Below are positions 51,001 to 64,000 of a DNA stretch of 64,000 nt, piece after piece; the first letter of the stretch is position 1, and each line of letters opens with the position of its first letter. The stretch lies in the NCBI RefSeq assembly GCF_009914755.1, contig NC_060944.1; one strand, 5' to 3'. A program made the position numbers and the translations under genes. The notes beneath the pieces are model-generated. The model searched no databases, was not told the DNA's origin, and saw only the letters and a program-made list of their open reading frames with translations. Source of the DNA: the human T2T-CHM13v2.0 reference genome, Homo sapiens.

Positions 51001-54000
51001 TGAAAAAGGAAATATCTTCCCATGAAAACTAGACAGAAGCATTCTCAGAAACTTATTTGTGATGTGTGCCCTCAACTGACAGTGTTGAACCTTTGTTTTG
51101 ATAGAGCAGTTCTGAAACACACTTTTTGTAAAATCTGCAAGAGGATATTTGGATAGCTTTGAGGATTTCGTTGGAAACGGGAATGTCTTCATGTAAACTC
51201 TAGACAGAAGCATTCTCAGAAACTGCTTTGGGATGTTTCAATTGAAGTCCCAGTGTTGAACATTCCCTTTCATAGAGCAGGTTTGAAACACTCTTTTTGT
51301 ACTATCTGGAAGTGGACATTTGGAGCGCTTTCAGGTCTACGGTGAAAAAGGAGATATCTTCCAATAAAAACTAGATAGAAGCAATGTCAGAACTTTTTTC
51401 ATGATGTATCTACTCAGCAAACAGAGTTGAACCTTTCTTTTGAGAGAGCAGTTTTGAAACACTCTTTTTGTGGAATATGCAAGTGGGTATTAGGCCAGCT
51501 TGGAGGATTTCGTTGGAAACGGGAATACGTATAAAAAGCAGACAGCAGCATTGTCAGAAACTACTTTGTGATGTTTGCATTCAAGTCACAGAATTGAACA
51601 CTCCCTTTCACAGAGCAGGTTTGAAACACTCTTTTTGTAGTGTCTGTAAGTGAACATTTGGATTGCTTTCAGGCCTAAGGTGAAAAAGGAAATATCTTCC
51701 CATAAAAACTAGACAGAAGCATTCTCAGAAACTTGTTTGTGATGTGTGCCCTCTACTGACAGAGTTGAAGCTTTCTTTGCAAAGAGCAGTTTTGAAACAC
51801 TCTTTTTGTAGAATCTGCAAGAGGATATTTGGATAGCTTTGAGGATTTCTTGGGAAACGGGAATGTCTTCAGATAAACTCTAGACAGAAGCATTCTCAGA
51901 AACTTCTTTGGGATGTTTCAATTGAAGTCACAGTGTTGAACATTCCCTTTCACAGAGCAGGTTTGAAACACTCTTTTTGTAGTGTCTATAAGTGAACATT
52001 TCGCGTGCTTTCAGGCCTAACGTGAAAAAGGAAATATCTTCCCATAAAAACTAGACAGAAGCATTCTCAGAAACTTGTTCTTGATGTGTCCCCTCTACTG
52101 ACAGAGTTGAACCTTTCTTTGCAAAGAGCAGCTTTGAAACACTCTTTTTGTAGAATCTGCAAGAGGATATTTGGATAGCTTGGAGGATTTCGTTGGAAAC
52201 GGGTATGTCTTCAGATAAACTCTAGACAGAAGCATTCTCAGAAACTTCTTTGGGATGTTGCATTCAAGTCACAGAGTAGAACATTCCCATTCATAGAGCA
52301 GATTTGAAACACTCTTTTTGTAGTATCTGGAAGTGGACATTTGGAGCGCTTTCAGGCCTATGTTGAAAAAGGAAATATCTTCCCATAAAAACTAGACGGA
52401 AGCATTCTCAGAAACTTATTTGTGATGTGTTTGCTCAACTAACAGGATTGAACCATCGTTTTGAAGGAGCAGTTTTGAAACACTGTTTTCGTGGAATCTG
52501 CAAGTGGATATTTGGCTAGCTTTGAGGATTTCGTTGGAAACGGGATTACATATAAAAAGGAGACAGCAGCATTCTCAGAAACTTCTTTGTGATGTCTGCA
52601 TTCAATTCACAGAGTTGAGCATTCCCTTTCATAGAGCAGGTTGGAAACACTCTTTTTGTAGTATCTGGATGAGGACATTTGGAGCGCTTTCAGGCGTATG
52701 GTGAAACAGGAAATATCTTCCCGTAAAAACTAGACAGAAGCATTCTCAGAAGTTTATTTGTGATGTGTGCCCTCAACTAACAGAGTTGAACCTTTCTTTT
52801 GATAGAGCAGTTTTGAAACACTCTTTTTGTAAAATCTGCAAGAGGATATTTGGATAGCTTTGAGGATTTCGTTGCAAACGGGAATGGCTTCATATAAACT
52901 CTAGACAGAAGCATTCTCAGAAACTTCGTTGGGATGTTTCGATTGAAGTCCCAGTGTTGAACATTCCCTTTTATAGAGCAGGTTGGAAACACTCTTTCTG
53001 CATTCCCTGGAAGTGGACATTTGGAGCGCTTTCAGGACGACGGTGAAAATGGAAATATCTTCCAAGAAAATCTAGATAGAAGCAACGTCAGAAACTTTTA
53101 TGTGATGGATCTACTCAGCTAACAGAGTTGAACCTTTCTTTTGAGAGAGCAGTTTTGCAACACTCTTTTTGTGGAATATGCAAGTGGATATTAGGGCAGC
53201 TTTGAGGATTTCGTTGGAAACGGGAATACATGTAAAAAGCAGACAGCAGCATTCTCAGAAACTTCTTTGTGATGTTTGCATTGAAGTCACAGAGTTGAAC
53301 ATTCCCTTTGAGAGAGCAGGTTTGAAACACGCCTTTTGTCATATCTGGAAGTGTCCATTCGGAGCGCATTCAGGCTTGTGTTGAAAAAGGAAATATCCTC
53401 CCAGAAAAACTAGACAGAAGCATTCTCAGAAACTTATCTGTGATGTATGTACTCAACTAACAGAACTAAACCATCGTTTTGAAGGAGCAGTTTTGAAACA
53501 CTCATTTTGCGGAATCTGCAAGTGGATATTTGGCTAGCTGGGAGGATTTCGTTGGAAACGGGATTACATACAAAAAGCAGACAGCAGCATTCTCAGAAAC
53601 TTCTTTGTGATGTTTGCATTCAAGTCACAGAGTTGAACATTCCCTTTCATAGAGCAGGTTTGAAACACTCTTTTTGTAGTATCTGGATGTGGACATTTGG
53701 ATCGCTTTCAGGCCTATGGTGAAAAAGGAAATATCTTCCCATGAAAACTAGACAGAAGCATTCTCAGAAACTTATTTGTGATGTGTGCCCTCAACTGACA
53801 GTGTTGAACCTTTGTTTTGATAGAGCAGTTCTGAAACACACTTTTTGTAAAATCTGCAAGAGGATATTTGGATAGCTTTGAGGATTTCGTTGGAAACGGG
53901 AATGTCTTCATGTAAACTCTAGACAGAAGCATTCTCAGAAACTGCTTTGGGATGTTTCAATTGAAGTCCCAGTGTTGAACATTCCCTTTCATAGAGCAGG

Positions 54001-57000
54001 TTTGAAACACTCTTTTTGTACTATCTGGAAGTGGACATTTGGAGCGCTTTCAGGTCTACGGTGAAAAAGGAGATATCTTCCAATAAAAACTAGATAGAAG
54101 CAATGTCAGAACTTTTTTCATGATGTATCTACTCAGCAAACAGAGTTGAACCTTTCTTTTGAGAGAGCAGTTTTGAAACACTCTTTTTGTGGAATATGCA
54201 AGTGGGTATTAGGCCAGCTTGGAGGATTTCGTTGGAAACGGGAATACGTATAAAAAGCAGACAGCAGCATTGTCAGAAACTACTTTGTGATGTTTGCATT
54301 CAAGTCACAGAATTGAACACTCCCTTTCACAGAGCAGGTTTGAAACACTCTTTTTGTAGTGTCTGTAAGTGAACATTTGGATTGCTTTCAGGCCTAAGGT
54401 GAAAAAGGAAATATCTTCCCATAAAAACTAGACAGAAGCATTCTCAGAAACTTGTTTGTGATGTGTGCCCTCTACTGACAGAGTTGAACCTTTCTTTGCA
54501 AAGAGCAGTTTTGAAACACCCTTTTTGTAGAATCTGCAAGAGGATATTTGGATAGCTTTGAGGATTTCTTGGGAAACGGGAATGTCTTCAGATAAACTCT
54601 AGACAGAAGCATTCTCAGAAACTTCTTTGGGATGTTTCAATTGAAGTCACAGTGTTGAACATTCCCTTTCACAGAGCAGGTTTGAAACACTCTTTTTGTA
54701 GTGTCTATAAGTGAACATTTGGCGTGCTTTCAGGCGTAACGTGAAAAAGGAAATATCTTCCCATAAAAACTAGACAGAAGCATTCTCAGAAACTTGTTCT
54801 TGATGTGTCCCCTCTACTGACAGAGTTGAACCTTTCTTTGCAAAGAGCAGCTTTGAAACACACTTTTTGTAGAATCTGCAAGAGGATATTTGGATAGCTT
54901 GGAGGATTTCGTTGGAAACGGGTATGTCTTCAGATAAACTCTAGACAGAAGCATTCTCAGAAACTTCTTTGGGATGTTGCATTCAAGTCACAGAGTAGAA
55001 CATTCCCATTCATAGAGCAGATTTGAAACACTCTTTTTGTAGTATCTGGAAGTGGACATTTGGAGCGCTTTCAGGCCTATGTTGAAAAAGGAAATATCTT
55101 CCCATAAAAACTAGACGGAAGCATTCTCAGAAACTTATTTGTGATGTGTTTGCTCAACTAACAGGATTGAACCATCGTTTTGAAGGAGCAGTTTTGAAAC
55201 ACTGTTTTCGTGGAATCTGCAAGTGGATATTTGGCTAGCTTTGAGGATTTCGTTGGAAACGGGATTACATATAAAAAGGAGACAGCAGCATTCTCAGAAA
55301 CTTCTTTGTGATGTCTGCATTCAGTTCACAGAGTTGAGCATTCCCTTTCATAGAGCAGGTTGGAAACACTCTTTTTGTAGTATCTGGATGAGGACATTTG
55401 GAGCGCTTTCAGGCGTATGGTGAAAAAGGAAATATCTTCCCGTAAAAACTAGACAGAAGCATTCTCAGAAGTTTATTTGTGATGTGTGCCCTCAACTAAC
55501 AGAGTTGAACCTTTCTTTTGATAGAGCAGTTTTGAAACACTCTTTTTGTAAAATCTGCAAGAGGATATTTGGATAGCTTTGAGGATTTCGTTGCAAACGG
55601 GAATGGCTTCATATAAACTCTAGACAGAAGCATTCTCAGAAACTTCGTTGGGATGTTTCGATTGAAGTCCCAGTGTTGAACACTCCTTTTTATAGAGCAG
55701 GTTGGAAACACTCTTTCTGCATTCCCTGGAAGTGGACATTTGGAGCGCTTTCAGGACGACGGTGAAAATGGAAATATCTTCCAATAAAATCTAGATAGAA
55801 GCAATGTCAGAAACTTTTATGTGATGGATCTACTCAGCTAACAGAGTTGAACCTTTCTTTTGAGAGAGCAGTTTTGCAACACTCTTTTTGTGGAATATGC
55901 AAGTGGATATTAGGGCAGCTTTGAGGATTTCGTTGGAAACGGGAATACATGTAAAAAGCAGACAGCAGCATTCTCAGAAACTTCTTTGTGATGTTTGCAT
56001 TGAAGTCACAGAGTTGAACATTCCCTTTGAGAGAGCAGGTTTGAAACACGCCTTTTGTCATATCTGGAAGTGTCCATTCGGAGCGCATTCAGGCTTGTGT
56101 TGAAAAAGGAAATATCCTCCCATAAAAACTAGACAGAAGCATTCTCAGAAACTTATCTGTGATGTATGTACTCAACTAACAGAACTAAACCATCGTTTTG
56201 AAGGAGCAGTTTTGAAACACTCTTTTGGCGGAATCTGCAAGTGGATATTTGGCTAGCTGGGAGGATTTCGTTGGAAACGGGATTACATACAAAAAGCAGA
56301 CAGCAGCATTCTCAGAAACTTCTTTGTGATGTTTGCATTCAAGTCACAGAGTTGAACATTCCCTTTCATAGAGCAGGTTTGAAACACTCTTTTTGTAGTA
56401 TCTGGATGTGGACATTTGGATCGCTTTCAGGCCTATGGTGAAAAAGGAAATATCTTCCCATGAAAACTAGACAGAAGCATTCTCAGAAACTTATTTGTGA
56501 TGTGTGCCCTCAACTGACAGTGTTGAACCTTTGTTTTGATAGAGCAGTTCTGAAACACACTTTTTGTAAAATCTGCAAGAGGATATTTGGATAGCTTTGA
56601 GGATTTCGTTGGAAACGGGAATGTCTTCATGTAAACTCTAGACAGAAGCATTCTCAGAAACTGCTTTGGGATGTTTCAATTGAAGTCCCAGTGTTGAACA
56701 TTCCCTTTCATAGAGCAGGTTTGAAACACTCTTTTTGTACTATCTGGAAGTGGACATTTGGAGCGCTTTCAGGTCTACGGTGAAAAAGGAGATATCTTCC
56801 AATAAAAACTAGATAGAAGCAATGTCAGAACTTTTTTCATGATGTATCTACTCAGCAAACAGAGTTGAACCTTTCTTTTGAGAGAGCAGTTTTGAAACAC
56901 TCTTTTTGTGGAATATGCAAGTGGGTATTAGGCCAGCTTGGAGGATTTCGTTGGAAACGGGAATACGTATAAAAAGCAGACAGCAGCATTGTCAGAAACT

Positions 57001-60000
57001 ACTTTGTGATGTTTGCATTCAAGTCACAGAATTGAACACTCCCTTTCACAGAGCAGGTTTGAAACACTCTTTTTGTAGTGTCTGTAAGTGAACATTTGGA
57101 TTGCTTTCAGGCCTAAGGTGAAAAAGGAAATATCTTCCCATAAAAACTAGACAGAAGCATTCTCAGAAACTTGTTTGTGATGTGTGCCCTCTACTGACAG
57201 AGTTGAAGCTTTCTTTGCAAAGAGCAGTTTTGAAACACTCTTTTTGTAGAATCTGCAAGAGGATATTTGGATAGCTTTGAGGATTTCTTGGGAAACGGGA
57301 ATGTCTTCAGATAAACTCTAGACAGAAGCATTCTCAGAAACTTCTTTGGGATGTTTCAATTGAAGTCACAGTGTTGAACATTCCCTTTCACAGAGCAGCT
57401 TTGAAACACTCTTTTTGTAGTGTCTATAAGTGAACATTTGGCGTGCTTTCAGGCGTAACGTGAAAAAGGAAATATCTTCCCATAAAAACTAGACAGAAGC
57501 ATTCTCAGAAACTTGTTCTTGATGTGTCCCCTCTACTGACAGAGTTGAACCTTTCTTTGCAAAGAGCAGCTTTGAAACACTCTTTTTGTAGAATCTGCAA
57601 GAGGATATTTGGATAGCTTGGAGGATTTCGTTGGAAACGGGTATGTCTTCAGATAAACTCTAGACAGAAGCATTCTCAGAAACTTCTTTGGGATGTTGCA
57701 TTCAAGTCACAGAGTAGAACATTCCCATTCATAGAGCAGATTTGAAACACTCTTTTTGTAGTATCTGGAAGTGGACATTTGGAGCGCTTTCAGGCCTATG
57801 TTGAAAAAGGAAATATCTTCCCATAAAAACTAGACGGAAGCATTCTCAGAAACTTATTTGTGATGTGTTTGCTCAACTAACAGGATTGAACCATCGTTTT
57901 GAAGGAGCAGTTTTGAAACACTGTTTTCGTGGAATCTGCAAGTGGATATTTGGCTAGCTTTGAGGATTTCGTTGGAAACGGGATTACATATAAAAAGGAG
58001 ACAGCAGCATTCTCAGAAACTTCTTTGTGATGTCTGCATTCAATTCACAGAGTTGAGCATTCCCTTTCATAGAGCAGGTTGGAAACACTCTTTTTGTAGT
58101 ATCTGGATGAGGACATTTGGAGAGCTTTCAGGCGTATGGTGAAACAGGAAATATCTTCCCGTAAAAACTAGACAGAAGCATTCTCAGAAGTTTATTTGTG
58201 ATGTGTGCCCTCAACTAACAGAGTTGAACCTTTCTTTTGATAGAGCAGTTTTGAAACACTCTTTTTGTAAAATCTGCAAGAGGATATTTGGATAGCTTTG
58301 AGGATTTCGTTGCAAACGGGAATGGCTTCATATAAACTCTAGACAGAAGCATTCTCAGAAACTTCGTTGGGATGTTTCGATTGAAGTCCCAGTGTTGAAC
58401 ATTCCCTTTTATAGAGCAGGTTGGAAACACTCTTTCTGCATTCCCTGGAAGTGGACATTTGGAGCGCTTTCAGGACGACGGTGAAAATGGAAATATCTTC
58501 CAAGAAAATCTAGATAGAAGCAACGTCAGAAACTTTTATGTGATGGATCTACTCAGCTAACAGAGTTGAACCTTTCTTTTGAGAGAGCAGTTTTGCAACA
58601 CTCTTTTTGTGGAATATGCAAGTGGATATTAGGGCAGCTTTGAGGATTTCGTTGGAAACGGGAATACATGTAAAAAGCAGACAGCAGCATTCTCAGAAAC
58701 TTCTTTGTGATGTTTGCATTGAAGTCACAGAGTTGAACATTCCCTTTGAGAGAGCAGGTTTGAAACACGCCTTTTGTCATATCTGGAAGTGTCCATTCGG
58801 AGCGCATTCAGGCTTGTGTTGAAAAAGGAAATATCCTCCCAGAAAAACTAGACAGAAGCATTCTCAGAAACTTATCTGTGATGTATGTACTCAACTAACA
58901 GAACTAAACCATCGTTTTGAAGGAGCAGTTTTGAAACACTCATTTTGCGGAATCTGCAAGTGGATATTTGGCTAGCTGGGAGGATTTCGTTGGAAACGGG
59001 ATTACATACAAAAAGCAGAGAGCAGCATTCTCAGAAACTTCTTTGTGATGTTTGCATTCAAGTCACAGAGTTGAACATTCCCTTTCATAGAGCAGGTTTG
59101 AAACACTCTTTTTGTAGTATCTGGATGTGGACATTTGGATCGCTTTCAGGCCTATGGTGAAAAAGGAAATATCTTCCCATGAAAACTAGACAGAAGCATT
59201 CTCAGAAACTTATTTGTGATGTGTGCCCTCAACTGACAGTGTTGAACCTTTGTTTTGATAGAGCAGTTCTGAAACACACTTTTTGTAAAATCTGCAAGAG
59301 GATATTTGGATAGCTTTGAGGATTTCGTTGGAAACGGGAATGTCTTCATGTAAACTCTAGACAGAAGCATTCTCAGAAACTGCTTTGGGATGTTTCAATT
59401 GAAGTCCCAGTGTTGAACATTCCCTTTCATAGAGCAGGTTTGAAACACTCTTTTTGTACTATCTGGAAGTGGACATTTGGAGCGCTTTCAGGTCTACGGT
59501 GAAAAAGGAGATATCTTCCAATAAAAACTAGATAGAAGCAATGTCAGAACTTTTTTCATGATGTATCTACTCAGCAAACAGAGTTGAACCTTTCTTTTGA
59601 GAGAGCAGTTTTGAAACACTCTTTTTGTGGAATATGCAAGTGGGTATTAGCCCAGCTTGGAGGATTTCGTTGGAAACGGGAATACGTATAAAAAGCAGAC
59701 AGCAGCATTGTCAGAAACTACTTTGTGATGTTTGCATTCAAGTCACAGAATTGAACACTCCCTTTCACAGAGCAGGTTTGAAACACTCTTTTTGTAGTGT
59801 CTGTAAGTGAACATTTGGATTGCTTTCAGGCCTAAGGTGAAAAAGGAAATATCTTCCCATAAAAACTAGACAGAAGCATTCTCAGAAACTTGTTTGTGAT
59901 GTGTGCCCTCTACTGACAGAGTTGAACCTTTCTTTGCAAAGAGCAGTTTTGAAACACCCTTTTTGTAGAATCTGCAAGAGGATATTTGGATAGCTTTGAG

Positions 60001-63000
60001 GATTTCTTGGGAAACGGGAATGTCTTCAGATAAACTCTAGACAGAAGCATTCTCAGAAACTTCTTTGGGATGTTTCAATTGAAGTCACAGTGTTGAACAT
60101 TCCCTTTCACAGAGCAGGTTTGAAACACTCTTTTTGTAGTGTCTATAAGTGAACATTTGGCGTGCTTTCAGGCCTAACGTGAAAAAGGAAATATCTTCCC
60201 ATAAAAACTAGACAGAAGCATTCTCAGAAACTTGTTCTTGATGTGTCCCCTCTACTGACAGAGTTGAACCTTTCTTTGCAAAGAGCAGCTTTGAAACACA
60301 CTTTTTGTAGAATCTGCAAGAGGATATTTGGATAGCTTGGAGGATTTCGTTGGAAACGGGTATGTCTTCAGATAAACTCTAGACAGAAGCATTCTCAGAA
60401 ACTTCTTTGGGATGTTGCATTCAAGTCACAGAGTAGAACATTCCCATTCATAGAGCAGATTTGAAACACTCTTTTTGTAGTATCTGGAAGTGGACATTTG
60501 GAGCGCTTTCAGGCCTATGTTGAAAAAGGAAATATCTTCCCATAAAAACTAGACGGAAGCATTCTCAGAAACTTATTTGTGATGTGTTTGCTCAACTAAC
60601 AGGATTGAACCATCGTTTTGAAGGAGCAGTTTTGAAACACTGTTTTCGTGGAATCTGCAAGTGGATATTTGGCTAGCTTTGAGGATTTCGTTGGAAACGG
60701 GATTACATATAAAAAGGAGACAGCAGCATTCTCAGAAACTTCTTTGTGATGTCTGCATTCAATTCACAGAGTTGAGCATTCCCTTTCATAGAGCAGGTTG
60801 GAAACACTCTTTTTGTAGTATCTGGATGAGGACATTTGGAGCGCTTTCAGGCGTATGGTGAAAAAGGAAATATCTTCCCGTAAAAACTAGACAGAAGCAT
60901 TCTCAGAAGTTTATTTGTGATGTGTGCCCTCAACTAACAGAGTTGAACCTTTCTTTTGATAGAGCAGTTTTGAAACACTCTTTTTGTAAAATCTGCAAGA
61001 GGATATTTGGATAGCTTTGAGGATTTCGTTGCAAACGGGAATGGCTTCATATAAACTCTAGACAGAAGCATTCTCAGAAACTTCGTTGGGATGTTTCGAT
61101 TGAAGTCCCAGTGTTGAACACTCCTTTTTATAGAGCAGGTTGGAAACACTCTTTCTGCATTCCCTGGAAGTGGACATTTGGAGCGCTTTCAGGACGACGG
61201 TGAAAATGGAAATATCTTCCAATAAAATCTAGATAGAAGCAATGTCAGAAACTTTTATGTGATGGATCTACTCAGCTAACAGAGTTGAACCTTTCTTTTG
61301 AGAGAGCAGTTTTGCAACACTCTTTTTGTGGAATATGCAAGTGGATATTAGGGCAGCTTTGAGGATTTCGTTGGAAACGGGAATACATGTAAAAAGCAGA
61401 CAGCAGCATTCTCAGAAACTTCTTTGTGATGTTTGCATTGAAGTCACAGAGTTGAACATTCCCTTTGAGAGAGCAGGTTTGAAACACGCCTTTTGTCATA
61501 TCTGGAAGTGTCCATTCGGAGCGCATTCAGGCTTGTGTTGAAAAAGGAAATATCCTCCCAGAAAAACTAGACAGAAGCATTCTCAGAAACTTATCTGTGA
61601 TGTATGTACTCAACTAACAGAACTAAACCATCGCTTTGAAGGAGCAGTTTTGAAACACTCATTTTGCGGAATCTGCAAGTGGATATTTGGCTAGCTGGGA
61701 GGATTTCGTTGGAAACGGGATTACATACAAAAAGCAGACAGCAGCATTCTCAGAAACTTCTTTGTGATGTTTGCATTCAAGTCACAGAGTTGAACATTCC
61801 CTTTCATAGAGCAGGTTTGAAACACTCTTTTTGTAGTATCTGGATGTGGACATTTGGATCGCTTTCAGGCCTATGGTGAAAAAGGAAATATCTTCCCATG
61901 AAAACTAGACAGAAGCATTCTCAGAAACTTATTTGTGATGTGTGCCCTCAACTGACAGTGTTGAACCTTTGTTTTGATAGAGCAGTTCTGAAACACACTT
62001 TTTGTAAAATCTGCAAGAGGATATTTGGATAGCTTTGAGGATTTCGTTGGAAACGGGAATGTCTTCATGTAAACTCTAGACAGAAGCATTCTCAGAAACT
62101 GCTTTGGGATGTTTCAATTGAAGTCCCAGTGTTGAACATTCCCTTTCATAGAGCAGGTTTGAAACACTCTTTTTGTACTATCTGGAAGTGGACATTTGGA
62201 GCGCTTTCAGGTCTACGGTGAAAAAGGAGATATCTTCCAATAAAAACTAGATAGAAGCAATGTCAGAACTTTTTTCATGATGTATCTACTCAGCAAACAG
62301 AGTTGAACCTTTCTTTTGAGAGAGCAGTTTTGAAACACTCTTTTTGTGGAATATGCAAGTGGGTATTAGGCCAGCTTGGAGGATTTCGTTGGAAACGGGA
62401 ATACGTATAAAAAGCAGACAGCAGCATTGTCAGAAACTACTTTGTGATGTTTGCATTCAAGTCACAGAATTGAACACTCCCTTTCACAGAGCAGGTTTGA
62501 AACACTCTTTTTGTAGTGTCTGTAAGTGAACATTTGGATTGCTTTCAGGCCTAAGGTGAAAAAGGAAATATCTTCCCATAAAAACTAGACAGAAGCATTC
62601 TCAGAAACTTGTTTGTGATGTGTGCCCTCTACTGACAGAGTTGAAGCTTTCTTTGCAAAGAGCAGTTTTGAAACACTCTTTTTGTAGAATCTGCAAGAGG
62701 ATATTTGGATAGCTTTGAGGATTTCTTGGGAAACGGGAATGTCTTCAGATAAACTCTAGACAGAAGCATTCTCAGAAACTTCTTTGGGATGTTTCAATTG
62801 AAGTCACAGTGTTGAACATTCCCTTTCACAGAGCAGGTTTGAAACACTCTTTTTGTAGTGTCTATAAGTGAACATTTCGCGTGCTTTCAGGCCTAACGTG
62901 AAAAAGGAAATATCTTCCCATAAAAACTAGACAGAAGCATTCTCAGAAACTTGTTCTTGATGTGTCCCCTCTACTGACAGAGTTGAACCTTTCTTTGCAA

Positions 63001-64000
63001 AGAGCAGCTTTGAAACACTCTTTTTGTAGAATCTGCAAGAGGATATTTGGATAGCTTGGAGGATTTCGTTGGAAACGGGTATGTCTTCAGATAAACTCTA
63101 GACAGAAGCATTCTCAGAAACTTCTTTGGGATGTTGCATTCAAGTCACAGAGTAGAACATTCCCATTCATAGAGCAGATTTGAAACACTCTTTTTGTAGT
63201 ATCTGGAAGTGGACATTTGGAGCGCTTTCAGGCCTATGTTGAAAAAGGAAATATCTTCCCATAAAAACTAGACGGAAGCATTCTCAGAAACTTATTTGTG
63301 ATGTGTTTGCTCAACTAACAGGATTGAACCATCGTTTTGAAGGAGCAGTTTTGAAACACTGTTTTCGTGGAATCTGCAAGTGGATATTTGGCTAGCTTTG
63401 AGGATTTCGTTGGAAACGGGATTACATATAAAAAGGAGACAGCAGCATTCTCAGAAACTTCTTTGTGATGTCTGCATTCAATTCACAGAGTTGAGCATTC
63501 CCTTTCATAGAGCAGGTTGGAAACACTCTTTTTGTAGTATCTGGATGAGGACATTTGGAGCGCTTTCAGGCGTATGGTGAAAAAGGAAATATCTTCCCGT
63601 AAAAACTAGACAGAAGCATTCTCAGAAGTTTATTTGTGATGTGTGCCCTCAACTAACAGAGTTGAACCTTTCTTTTGATAGAGCAGTTTTGAAACACTCT
63701 TTTTGTAAAATCTGCAAGAGGATATTTGGATAGCTTTGAGGATTTCGTTGCAAACGGGAATGGCTTCATATAAACTCTAGACAGAAGCATTCTCAGAAAC
63801 TTCGTTGGGATGTTTCGATTGAAGTCCCAGTGTTGAACATTCCCTTTTATAGAGCAGGTTGGAAACACTCTTTCTGCATTCCCTGGAAGTGGACATTTGG
63901 AGCGCTTTCAGGACGACGGTGAAAATGGAAATATCTTCCAAGAAAATCTAGATAGAAGCAACGTCAGAAACTTTTATGTGATGGATCTACTCAGCTAACA

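Larger units (their letters stand above)
1..64000 (+). repeat. Alpha-satellite higher-order repeat array (centromeric), dimeric SF2-type, 16-mer 2,719-bp HOR
   Basis: Tandem 167-171 bp monomers start CATTCTCAGAAAC and end ...AGACAGAAG, with a CENP-B box position in every second monomer. Identical ORF translations recur every 2,719 bp. Unit (m1) starts: 61, 2780, 5499, 8218, 10937, 13657, 15013, 17732, 20451, 23170, 25889, 28609, 31328, 34047, 36089, 38808, 41527, 44246, 46965, 49684, 52403, 55122, 57841, 60560, 63279. Confidence 0.99.

Noticed and set aside
162-63868. Many 61-96 aa ORFs on both strands recurring every 2,719 bp
   Set aside because: These are chance open frames in satellite monomers. 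Many begin at GTG/TTG, none has a recognisable domain, and they appear or vanish with single SNVs.
1-64000. CRISPR-like regularly spaced conserved motifs (CATTCTCAGAAAC, GGATTTCGTTGGAAACGGG)
   Set aside because: The intervening sequences are homologous monomer sequence, not unique spacers. The period is ~171/340 bp and there are no cas genes.
1-64000. Embedded L1/Alu insertion, inversion or non-satellite island; novel biological system
   Set aside because: Unit spacings are fully explained by monomer arithmetic, and all monomers read in the same orientation. No unexplained sequence remains.

Overview
The whole 64 kb window is one uninterrupted, single-orientation array of primate alpha-satellite DNA (~171-bp monomers). 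It is built from a highly homogeneous 16-monomer higher-order repeat (HOR) of 2,719 bp with alternating CENP-B-box (B-type) and pJ-alpha-type (A-type) monomers, i.e. a dimeric SF2 (D1/D2) organisation. Unit size and family best fit the human chromosome 20 centromeric array D20Z2; this is from recall, not a search. Taking monomer m1 to start at the CATTCTCAG at 61, there are 24 complete units plus partial ends: 20 of 2,719 bp, two of 2,720 bp (+1 A in m15), one 8-mer (1,356 bp) and one 12-mer (2,042 bp). I see no genes, RNA genes, transposon insertions, inversions or CRISPR arrays, and all listed ORFs are repeat artefacts. I found no evidence of a previously undescribed biological system. The points of interest concern array structure: recombination junctions mapped to 19-29 bp (one spanning a CENP-B box), an internal 6+6+2+2 architecture, 2-HOR (5,438 bp) and 4-HOR (10,876 bp) super-periodicities in SNVs, a CENP-B box variant with an extra CpG, and localized patches of divergence. 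Monomer and unit numbering (m1-m16, HOR1-25) is my own, and SNVs were read by eye.
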